Source: Octopus vulgaris
Lineage: Eukaryota
Reading direction: 5' to 3'
Length of the DNA: 64,000 bases
Assembly (NCBI GenBank): GCA_951406725.2
Contig: OX597832.1
Span: 50,716,001-50,780,000, forward strand
The notes beneath the pieces were generated by a model. That model did not search any database. It saw only the letters and a program-made list of their open reading frames with translations, and was not told where the DNA came from. Positions 40,317-51,856 of this stretch are shown here, one piece after another. Each line of letters opens with the position of its first letter. Within the stretch, counting starts at the first letter, position 1. Made by a program: the position numbers and the translations under genes.

Positions 40317-40317
<1 letters not shown>
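39187..40317 (+). mobile_element. Head-to-tail dimer of a non-autonomous Helitron
   Basis: Each ~530-bp unit ends in the hairpin cccgagcaacg(c/g)cggg, then cgatactg and CTAG (39781-39784; 40314-40317). No TIR or TSD. Related monomer at 52720. The 5' boundary is blurred by (TA)n. Confidence 0.85.
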
Positions 40318-40374
<57 letters not shown>

Positions 40375-41073
40375 TAAAAATAATGGGGCAGGGAAAGGTA
40401 AAGCAGTAAGGAATGGTTAGTAAAAGGTGGGGAGGGAGATAGTTTGTAGGCAAGGTCAATGGTCAAAACGAAAGACTCGTCAGTAGTATCACAGGTGCTG
40501 TTAGTTCACACACACACACACACATACACACACACACATACACACACACACATACACACACACACACACACACACAGAGGGAATGTGAGGCATACACATA
40601 ACATCTCAAACACAGACAGTAGAAGCACAGATGTACACCTATATACGTACGCATGGACAGTAGAAGCCATGTCCTTAACTAGCATCATAATGTCAGCATG
40701 CACCTACACACAATGGAAAGTATTGTACTGGAGACATACAAACCAATAGGTGGGCGGTGGTGTGATGGTAGAGGGAAGAGGAGAAGCATTCTTTGAGTAA
40801 ATTGGGCAAAAATCTGTTCCTTAGCGTAATTTCCGAAGGGGTTTGCATAATTCGAATCGAGCCCATCTAAACTTTCTTAACGTCTCTGAACCGTTTGTAA
40901 ACGTTTCCAGGAAAATAAAAATAAATTGAAAGTGAAGACGAGTTCAGCTGGGTGAAGGATTATGTTGGTGTTGGGTATGGATAAGATTGATGACGTAGGA
41001 AATGCTTAAGGGCTGCAAGGCCACCGATGTAGTGGATAGATCATGTAAAGAAAATTTTAAACACACACAAACA

Positions 41074-41118
<45 letters not shown>

Positions 41119-42364
41119 ATATGTGTGTGCGTGTACGTATGTGTGAATGTATGTGTACACACATACGCACACATGCGCGCGCATGCACACACACTCAATT
41201 TTGCATTAGAATAGCTAAATTTCCCGATAATTTCCCGATCTTTTGAAAAACTTAGAACTTCAATTAATTAACGAAAGCACTGCAACAGACAGCGGAAGAA
41301 GTATATTCAACACGTCTTTAAGTTCAACTTGAACTATCTTCTGAATGGTTCGGATTTAACAATTCCGAATGAATCAACAGTTTCAAATCAGCATTTTGTC
41401 TGAAAGTTCTTTAGTTATTCAAAATATACTGAATTCAATGAAAAATTTTGTTTATTTTAGGTTTTAATAAACGTAGGCCAAAATTGAAAAATGCATCTGG
41501 TAGAACTATAAAGCTATACGGCATTAAAAATATGCAGAAGATAAGAAATAAAGTTGATTGCTTTAACATGTGTAAAAATGAGTTATTTCCCTTGTATAAG
41601 ATTACGTTTTTGATATAATGAATTATTCCCCTTTAGTTTATCTTGCATCTCACCGTACTTTGTACTCTGGTGAATATTTATTACTGTTATTTACAGTATG
41701 TTTAACAAATTAAAATTCTCCTCGCGAATAGTTATAAAAACGAACGTTCAGATCTTGATTCTTCTGATATTCTGATATTCTGTGTTCTGAAAGCAAGGTA
41801 TTCTTTCGTTTGTGGCAATTTACTACTATGGTTTCTTTTTATACAAAACCCAAATATGGGAAATGTATAGTCGTTATATTAACTGGTATGACCGTAGTTT
41901 GGACTATATGCGAAAAATAGCAGCCAAATCTCCCTTAAACCTCATCCCTATTGTCTTAATAGAAGGACCCAAAATATAGTCTTTGGTATACATAAATATG
42001 CGACAGACATGAGTGGAACACATTCGATCATAGGATGGCTGGATTGGATCCAGCTCAGGGTTAAATAACTTTCTAATTTAGGCACAACGCCAGGAATTTT
42101 TGAAGGAAGGGTGTTAATTGATACTTTGGACCCCAGGACTCGACTTATTAACCCACCTTCCCGCCCCTCAAAGAATGAAAGTCTACGTTGATTTCGGCGG
42201 AATTTGAACTGGAAACGTAAAAAAGCAAGGAATTTTGTTTGTAACTAAAAAGCAACAGCAAAAATTCGTTCTCAGAGTTACATTAGTGGTGAAAGACAAT
42301 GTTCTTCTACTTACTATGATTCCATTCACATCCAGGTTGCATTATACGAATTAAGAAATGAACG

Positions 42365-42625
42365 ATCGCGAATACATGCAGCTAAAATGGGGTTCTTTTG
42401 AAGGATCTCTGGAGTAGCGTTACACGATATAGGTCGGAAATTAGGGAAGTATCTCCAGATAAATCCGCTACTTCTCTGCATTGAGAGGTCATATCTCCAG
42501 CGTTATGGTCATGTGATTGGAATGTCGTAAGAAAGAATTGGAAGACGGATTCTTCAAGCTGAGCTAACTGGCAGGTGACTTAGGGAACAGACCAAGAAGC
42601 AGATGGTTGGATAATATCCATAGTT
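42365..42625 (+). mobile_element. Old RTE LINE C-terminal relic
   Basis: AKMGF..RISG, YGHVIGM, RRILQAELTGR and RPRSRWLDNI-like motifs. Confidence 0.6.
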
Positions 42626-42725
42626 GGTCACTCTTAGAAATCCAGCTGGAAGGTGTGAGGCCAGTCACTTCGGATAGAGCCCGATGGATAAGGTGTCTGA
42701 GGACGCTACCCTAGAATACACCCTA

Positions 42726-43145
42726 GGCGGCGAGGTGGCAGAATTGTTAGCACGCAGGGCGAAATGCTTAGCGGTATTTCGTCTGCGTTACGTTGTGAGT
42801 TCAAATTCCGCCGAGGTCGACTTTGCCTTTCATCCTTTCGGGGTCGATAAATTAAGTACCAGTTACGCACTGGGGTCGATGTAATCAACTTAATACCTAT
42901 GTCTGTCCTTGTTTGTCCCCTCTGTGTTTAGCCCCTTGTGGGTAATAAAGAAATAGGTATTTCGTCTACCGCTACGTTCTGAGTTCAAATTCCGTTGAGG
43001 TCGACTTTGCCTTTCATCCTTTCGGGGTCGATTAAATAAGTACCAGTTACGCACTGATGTCGATATAATCGACTTAATCCGTTCGTCTGTCCTTGTTTGT
43101 CCCTTCTGTGTTTAGCCCCTTGTGGGTAATAAAGAAATAGGTATA
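42726..43145 (+). mobile_element. SINE family B tandem dimer
   Basis: One head; unit ggtatttcg...aagaaata repeated with a 183-bp period (42773, 42956). Confidence 0.9.
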
Positions 43146-43724
43146 GTGGGTGGAGATGGATGGATGGAAGGCCCGTACTTGATTGGTACTTTATTTTATC
43201 GATCTCGAAAGGATGAAATTTAAATATGACCTCAGCAGAATTTGAACTGAGAACGCAAAAGTGCTGCACCAAAGGTACCGCAGAGTTGGATGAAATATCG
43301 CAAGTCTTCTTGCTTGACGCTCAACCAATTCTGTCTATCGTTGACTTGCGACAGGATTCGATTCCAGAAGGTAAGACAGTTAAGTTGACTTTCTCCTATT
43401 TCTTCCAACTCACCGCATTTCTCTGATCAAATAATTATAAGTAGAAAAGTATATTGTTGACACTTGGGGTTTCGTAGGTGATATAAGACCAGGTTGACGT
43501 CAGTGGCATTTGAACTCAGAAAGCAAAAGTTCGATTCTATCAAGATGTGATGAAAATAAATATAATTTCATTAATTGACATGCTAACAACAAACAGCATA
43601 ACAAAACTACAAAACGACATGCTACAAACCAAGCCACACACACACATATATACAATCACATGCATACATACGCGTACACACGCGCGCGAACATACACACA
43701 CACGCACATAATTCATATAATAAT

Positions 43725-44322
43725 AATGGTTTCAAGTTTTGGCATAAAGCCACCAAAGAGGGGATAAGTCGATTACATCGCGCTCCCCCTCCCTGCCCCA
43801 GTGTTCAACTGGTACTTACTTTATCGGCCTCAAAAAGATGAAAGGCAAAGTCGACCTCGGCGGAATTTGAACTCAGAACGTAATGGCAGACGAAATACCT
43901 ATTTTTTTTTACTATAAATAAGGGGCTAAACACAGAGAGGACAAACAAGGACAGACAAACGGATTAAGTCGATTGTATTGACCCCAGTGCGTGACTGGTA
44001 CTTATTTAGTCGACCCCGAAAGGATGAAAGGCAAAGTCGACCTCGGCGGAATTTGAACTCAGAACGTAGCGGCAGACGAAATACCTATTTCTCTACTACC
44101 TACAAAGGGCTAAACACAGAGAGGACAAACAAACAAGGACAGACAAACGGATTAAGTCGATTATATCGACTCCAGTGTGTAACTGGTACTTATTTAGTCG
44201 ACCCCGAAAGGATGAAAGGCAAAGTCGACCTCGGCGGAATTTGAACTCAGAACGCAACGGCAGACGAAATACGGCTACGTATTTCGCCCGGCGTGCTTAC
44301 GTTTCTGCCAGCTCGCCGCCTT
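43725..44322 (-). mobile_element. SINE family B tandem trimer
   Basis: One head at ~44322, two tail-A units joined by aaata|ggtatttcgtctgcc, and a last unit with tail B. Confidence 0.9.
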
Positions 44323-44764
44323 TTCTTTTTTTGTAAGGCTAATAATAATAACATTGTTTCTTTGTAAATTTGGCACAAGGCTTGCAGTTTTAGGGAAGGG
44401 GAAAGTCGATCACATTGACTGGTACTTTATTTTATCGACACTACCAAATGGTTTGCTAATGATTGTGTCAGCTCACCGCCTTAGTAACAATAATAGTTAC
44501 AGTAGTAGTCACTCGTATTATGCAATTTGATGTATTAAACGGTGAAATTATATACAAATGAATAATGGTTACTCAGATTGATACAATGCAGACATTTCGG
44601 GGGAAGATTTTGAATACGACGATCTTTCTCACTCTCCAGTACACATTTTATCGAAACCCTGGGAGCATAAAAGATATGCTGAACTCCGACAGAATTTGAT
44701 CTCATAACGCAAGTAAATATGGAACACACATACACACACACGCACATATAATCCTTACTGGAAG

Positions 44765-44796
44765 ATATATATATATATATATATATGTCTGTCTGT

Positions 44797-44873
<77 letters not shown>

Positions 44874-44939
44874 GAATATACATATAAACATACAATCATA
44901 CATACACACGCACATATACATACATACATGGATACATAC

Positions 44940-44985
<46 letters not shown>

Positions 44986-44994
44986 GTGTGTGTG

Positions 44995-45074
<80 letters not shown>

Positions 45075-45075
45075 C
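44765..45075. repeat. (TA)/(ATCT)/(CATA)/(AG)n compound microsatellite
   Basis: Directly visible. Confidence 0.96.
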
Positions 45076-45613
45076 AGACAGATATAAGGAGAGAGAGAAA
45101 ACTAGAAAAAATTGAAAGAAATTTTTTTTATCTCTACCTTGACTTCCATACTCCAGTAACTCTTCGTCCGATGTCCTTTCCAAACTCCATCCTACGAGGA
45201 AAAAAAAAAACTCTAGAGAATTGCTCCAGTCACTCGAGTGAAATCTAACAGATTGCTTGTCTGCCTGCCAGCCTGCCAGCCTGCCTGCCTGCCTGCCTGC
45301 CAGTCTGACTGTCAGTCTGCCTGATGCACTGATTAGCATCACGTAACATTTAGCTGAGTCAGGAGTTTGTCTGCAACCACAGAATAGACAGAGAAGCCAA
45401 CTGCAAGAATACCTGCACCTGCTCCGGAAACGACATTATTCAATCATTTGCCAGGAATCTCCTCAGAACAACAGTTTTCCGAGACACCTGTTTCCTAACG
45501 TGTTATTGTTGTTGCTGACATTGTTTGTGCGTCATTAGTATTTCCGCCAATCACGATCATCATCATAATGAGCATCAACATCATCATCATCATCATCATC
45601 ATCATCATTATTA

Positions 45614-45658
<45 letters not shown>

Positions 45659-45875
45659 GGCGATCCTTCGATATATGTCCTGTAAGTACCGGAAGTGGCT
45701 TTATTTCTGAAGATAACAGAAACCCTTTTCTCCCACCCTTAACTCTAACCCTAACCCTAAACTTAACACAAACCCTAACTCTAACCCTAACCCTAACCCC
45801 CCATATATATAAAAAAAACAAAACACTTTCTTGAAATGTATTCGGTACTTCCGGGTCGTGTACCGAAGTTACGCC
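45659..45875. mobile_element. 217-bp putative MITE with imperfect TIRs and CCCTAA repeats, inside (ATT)n
   Basis: Left end ggcgatccttcgata versus right end (reverse complement) ggcgtaacttcggta; inner inverted pair ccggaagt/acttccgg; taaccc repeats at 45750-45800. Confidence 0.6.
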
Positions 45876-45922
<47 letters not shown>

Positions 45923-46717
45923 GGACGGTGATTATTATTATTATTATTGTTGTTATGTAGAAGAATCGGTGGAGGACCGGGCAAAATGCCTAGTGCTATT
46001 GAGTTGCGTTTCTCAATGATCTGAGTTCACATCCGTCCAAAGTTGATTGTATCCCTCCAGTCCTTCCGAGGTCAATAAAATAAAGTACCAATCGAGAACT
46101 AGGTTTAATAAATATCTACTGTTTTATCTGCCCAGACCAGACATCTGGCCCTTTTTACCTATGTTGAGAAATAAAAAGACACTCTATTTTGTAGAATCGG
46201 AAGAATGTCAGCTTGGTGATATTTAGTTATCTCCCTTTAAGTTCTGAATTAAAATTCCCGCAGGAGCCGTTTGCACTTCTCTATCACGGCAGATTCGGTA
46301 AGAAATGCAGATAACGTTGAGATAATGTTTATATTTTAGGACATATTTAATTGGGATATTCACCCAACTTTCCTCAAAATAGAATTCTGGCTTTCTGTCA
46401 ATCAATAAGAAACGATAATATATTGTTGCGCTCTTAGTGTCGGATGATCGGACTGTTGGCGACCAAACCGCAACCCTACAAAGCCTGCTTGGCAAGGAGA
46501 GAAGTTTTCGTTGGACGAAAAACAAAACCTCTCAAAGGGCGGATGGACTTTATTTGAGTCAACGGCCAACCAGCAGCTGTGAAGGAGAGATCCTTAGCTT
46601 TTCTTTAGACATCTTTATAGAAGAGGAAAAAGTCTGATGTAACACTTACGATCTCGTCCGTATCTTGTGATGTAGTTCTTCTTAATGGGCAAATGCATAC
46701 ATTATTTAGAGAGTGGA

Positions 46718-47122
46718 AGGCGGCGAGGTGGCAGAATCGTTAGGACGCCGAGAAAAAGGCTTAGCGGTATTCCGCCTGCCGCTACATTCTGAGTTCAAAT
46801 TCCGCCGAGGTCGACTTTGTCTTTCATCCTTTCGGGGTCGATTAAATAAGTACCAGTTACGCACTGGGGTCGATATAATCGACTTGATCCGTTTGTCTGT
46901 CCTTGTTTGTCCTCTCTGTGTTTAACCCCTTGTGGGTAGTAAAGAAATAGGTATTTCGCCCGTCTTTACGTTCTGGGTTCAAATTCTGCTGAGGTCGACT
47001 TTGCCTTTTATCCTTTCGGTGTCGATAAAATAAGTACCAGTTGAGCACTGGGATCAATCTAATCGGCTTACCCCTTTCCCCACCAAATTTCAGGCCTTGT
47101 GTCTATAAAAGAAAGGGTTATT
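46718..47122 (+). mobile_element. SINE family B tandem dimer (tail-A unit plus tail-B unit)
   Basis: Junction aaagaaata|ggtatttcg at ~46950. Confidence 0.88.
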
Positions 47123-47335
47123 TAGGGAATGGAAATGGCATCGTTCAATATTAGGTGAGTATCAAACTCTACATAGAATTTTTTCCACCTGATATTCATG
47201 CGGGGTATGCAGATGATACGATCCAACCTAGTGAATAAATCTGGTCTTGTTTGTGGGGACATGTACTTTATATATAGATACTTTCCAGATACTCCCCAAG
47301 TTGCAGATTCCAGGGTAGGTGAGTAAAATATGAGT

Positions 47336-47690
47336 AACAAAGATGTATACGTGTCAATTCATTACGACCGTTTCGAGCGACTCCTTGAATTGATCAATGA
47401 ATGAAAGCATCACATCATTACAAAGAAAACCGTTCTCATCAGATGAACGCATAGACCTCAAGCTTAAAGGACAAGATAGATATTTAAACATATTCATATC
47501 ATCACTAGAGAGCAAATATTTACAATGATTCCACTGCTAAATTTTTTGTCAATTGAGCAGCGGAATCGTTGTAAATATTTGCTCTCTAGTGATGATACGA
47601 GTGCAGGGTTTTCTTCGTAATGCTTTCATTGATCAATTCAAGGAGTTGCTCGAAACGGTCGGAATGAATTGACACTTATACATCTTTGTT
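47336..47690. repeat. Nested fold-back (outer ~75-bp and inner ~45-bp inverted arms)
   Basis: aacaaagatgtata..gtgtcaattcatt.cgaccgtttcgagc.actccttgaattgatcaatga and tatcatcactagagagcaaatatttacaa each recur as reverse complements. Confidence 0.9.
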
Positions 47691-47693
47691 TGT

Positions 47694-47758
<65 letters not shown>

Positions 47759-48146
47759 TTTAGAGATAGTAGGACCCTTCATCTCACCATTTAAAAATAA
47801 TTTTTATTTTAAATACCTACTGTTTTATAAATTAGCTACATGTGTTCCATGAGGTACATTCTCCGGTTCCTAAACCACTCCGTGTTTTCCTGGAACCCTT
47901 CTTAAAATGTAACCCCAATCATCAGGACTTTATATCACTTTATCATCGTTCAATACTATAAACAAAATTTAAAATTTTTAAAGCCCTTAAGTATGTGTAA
48001 AATAGGTATGTTTAAATTAGGTTCGCTGGACCCTACCGTACAAGCTATAATTCAGATAAAAATTCAAATAAAAAGTTATAAAAATAAAAGTTACAAAAAT
48101 AAAGTAAGGAATGAAAATGCTAAGAAAAAAAAAACCTAATTTAAAC

Positions 48147-48580
<434 letters not shown>

Positions 48581-49056
48581 TATGCCTATTTTACAGCTGT
48601 TCCTTTCTGAATGTGCTCTTGAATCAAAAGAGTGAAAGAGTCAAGAAGCTGCCCTATGTCTGCTCGTAACTAAACAGGCACCTAACACAATTAGGAAAAC
48701 GTCGTACATGCCACCGATCCATGCTCGTTCGTAGGTGACGGCTGCCTCTTTATAACGAAGCGGCAGCTTCAAAATAAAAAACAAAATTCAGAAAGTGAAA
48801 ACAGTGCAATATTAATAGGTTCATTAATGAACACAAATTACTTCCGTTATATTTTGAAAGATAATCCATCTTTTTGCAAGATATTCCCGTATTCTTTATC
48901 CATGTCATTAATATTTAAATACATTTATACAGCATCCGGTTGTGATTCTTTATTATTGATTTTTTAAAAAAATCTCTGAAATTCAAAGCAGAAAAACGGA
49001 ATAATAAATAAATGATAATAATAAAAAAAACAATGATGGTGATGATGATAATGGGG

Positions 49057-49118
<62 letters not shown>

Positions 49119-49139
49119 CACGACAGAGTTGGGACCTAC

Positions 49140-49672
49140 ATACACTGGAAGCTATGCTAACACTATGGAATAACAACAGAAAAAAGATGGTATAGGCACA
49201 CCCCAGAAAAGGTCACAGAAAACGAGAAAGCAACCATACTATGGGATATGCCTATACACGCAGATAGAGAAATTAAGGCCAATAGGCCAGATATAGTTGT
49301 CAGAGATCATGAAGTAAAAAATGTTTTCTAATTTATGTATCAATACCATCAGATGACAACGTTTCTCTAAAAGAAATAGAGAAACTTTCAAAATACAAAG
49401 ACCTGGAAATAGAGGTAACTCGAATGTGGAATCTAAAAACAGAAACAATTCCTATCATAGTAGGCGTATTAGGTATGATAAAAAAATGTTCAAATACATA
49501 ACAAAAACACCAGGACTTACAAATATATATAACATACAGAAAGTTGCACTACTGGGCACTGCACACATCCTACGCAAACCATAAGAGCATCACAACAAAC
49601 CACAGCACATACCCAGGGTACACAGAGCTGCACTCGATAGTGAAGTGAAAGCACGTTATAGAAATAAAACTA

Positions 49673-49678
<6 letters not shown>
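49140..49678 (+). mobile_element. R4/Dong-like non-LTR retrotransposon 3' end (restriction-like endonuclease) in (TAA)n
   Basis: WYRHTPEKVTENEKATILWDMPIHADREIKANRPDIVVRD...KEIEKLSKYKDLEIE..RMW...IPIIVGVLG...QKVALLGTAHILRK; TAA repeats on both sides. Confidence 0.88.
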
Positions 49679-49726
<48 letters not shown>

Positions 49727-49802
49727 CCTTTCTATTATAGGCATATGGCCTGAAATTTTGGGGTAGGGAGAGAGGAGATTAGCTGACCCTTAACAACAAA
49801 GA

Positions 49803-49845
<43 letters not shown>

Positions 49846-50134
49846 AATAATTTAAAATTTTGGCTCAGTACCAGCAGATTTGAAGGGGAGGGGTTAAGTC
49901 GATTACATCGACCTCAGTGCTCAGCTGGTACTTTTTTTATCGACCCCGAAAGAATGAAAGGCAAAATCGACTTCGGCGAAACTTGAACTCTGAACGTAAA
50001 GACGGACGAAATAATGATTCTGCCAGCTCACCGCCTAAATGATGATGACGATGACGATGATGATGATGATGATGACGATGATGATGATGATGATAATAAT
50101 AATAATAAGCATTAAAAAACAATTACATCAAATA

Positions 50135-50455
50135 CAGAATAGACAACGCATCACAAGGTGATAAGTGGTGAAACCGTATGGCATATTACCAGTCAATGTA
50201 CGCCAGTAACCCAGAAAGAATATAAGACACGTCATGACAACGTAGCAAGGGTTGTCCATTGGACACTTTGCAACGAGTATGGACTTGACAGAGCAAAAAA
50301 GTGGTACGAACATAAACCCGAAGGCATCATCGAAAATGATAATGCAAAGATCCTATGGGATTTTATGATTCAGTGCGACCATGAGATAGAGAACAGAACA
50401 CCCAGACATAGTGTTAATTGAAAAAGAAAGCGAATGATGCTGGATCATAGATATA
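50135..50455 (+). mobile_element. R4/Dong-like fragment (zinc knuckle to endonuclease start)
   Basis: ETVWHITSQC...YKTRHDNVARVVHW...WYEHKPE...KILWDF.IQCD, followed by a frameshifted PDIV. Confidence 0.85.
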
Positions 50456-50603
50456 TGCTTTCTTCTCCTTCCCCCTTCACTGTTCTCTTTCTCTCCCTCA
50501 CTCTTCCTCTTTGACTCTCTCGTTGCTCATACGTGACCAGCGTCTATCGTTCCTTTTTCCTCTTGCTTTACAAGAGATAAGACCTACTGTTGCCTGAGAA
50601 TAC

Positions 50604-50634
<31 letters not shown>

Positions 50635-50799
50635 CTTCTTCTTCTTCTTCTTCTTCTTCTTCTTCTTCCTCCTCTCTCTCTCTTTCTCTCTCTATACGTG
50701 TGTGTGAATGTATATATATATATACAAGAAGAAGAAGAAGTGTATTCTCACGCAGGAAAAGTAAAGAATACAGGAGAATTTGTTTTGGTGGCAAGAGAG

Positions 50800-50934
50800 T
50801 AGTAGATATTGTTTTGAGTCTGTTGGTTTAAAGTAGATGTCGGTTTCAATGTTGGTATCTCTTTTTATGATTAAAATGTCCAGAAAGGGTAGCTGTTTGT
50901 GGCTGTATTCCATCGTAAATTGGATGCTGTGGTT
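50800..50934 (-). mobile_element. Penelope-like element RT fragment
   Basis: HSIQFTMEYSHKQLPFLDILI.....ETDIYFKPTDSKQYL matches the PLE RT C-terminal signature (I.FT.E...LPFLD...Y.KPT...YL). Confidence 0.85.
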
Positions 50935-51426
50935 AGTGTATCTGAAAGTGAAACGATTGTCTCTGATGCTGAATTTCACCTTAGGATATACAAGTCTTCT
51001 GCGACATTCAAAACACACATTGATGATATAGGACAAGAGAGCAAAATGATATACAGACATAGGGCAATCACAGGTTCATATTTAGCCAACAGAAATGAAA
51101 CAACTACGGGGGGTTAACAAACAATGCATGATATGCACCACGACATATGTTGGGCTTCTTTGTCTCGTGCCGAAATATCTCCACAAAAGTACAGCAACGT
51201 AGAATGAACACGAAACGGTGTAACATACACATCATAAAATATTGTACAGTACACAACGAAACAAAAAATGCAAGTGAAAGGCCAGCAGGGCATGAAAGGG
51301 ACGCAGTTTGCTGTCGTAGGAAGTTTCAAATCATATAGAGAGGGTCATTAAATGAAAAAACCCATTATAAACACGTAAACACTTATAAAATAACCCACCC
51401 TATCTACTGAGTTCCACTGCGTTAAT

Positions 51427-51856
51427 GGGATCTTTTCGGTTTGAACGGCAGTTTTTAACATAATTTCTAGGTAACTAAATACTTTTAAACTTCGTATACT
51501 GGTAGAATGTGTTTATAAAACATCTTTTTCTCTTGGCTTTATTGAGAAAATTCTATAGTTTGTAAGATATTTGGTCTTTAATTTCTTGCATTTCGGCAAT
51601 TTCAACCAATCAATGACCTTCTATTGAGGTGAAAACATTCTGTGTCGTATGAATATGTCCCTCGTTTAAGAAACAGATTGGGTTTATTTACATTTGTGAA
51701 GAAAAAAATATACCCTTCCCCCCCCCCCGAACCCGAACGAACCCTAACCCTAAAACAGATTGAAATGCAATAGATCGATACTAGGGTCATAATTATGAGT
51801 GACAATTTCATATGACACCGCTAGAAAAAAACTGCCGTTCAAACCGAAAAGATCCC
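51427..51856. mobile_element. GGGATC-TIR MITE with CCCTAA repeats, copy 2
   Basis: 30-bp TIR gggatcttttcggtttgaacggcagttttt; 6-bp TSD GTTAAT. Confidence 0.93.

Noticed and set aside
45240-45500. Unique GC-richer block after (AG)n as an enhancer or UTR
   Set aside because: Plausible, but only short generic motifs (e.g. TGAGTCA) are present; needs conservation or chromatin data.
45745-45800. True telomere or chromosome-fusion scar
   Set aside because: Only a few degenerate CCCTAA units, always inside TIR-bounded elements.
46264-46297. Small plus-strand exon (cag|GAGCC...TTCG|gtaaga)
   Set aside because: Weak polypyrimidine tract, no partner exons and no recognisable peptide; cannot be supported without transcripts.
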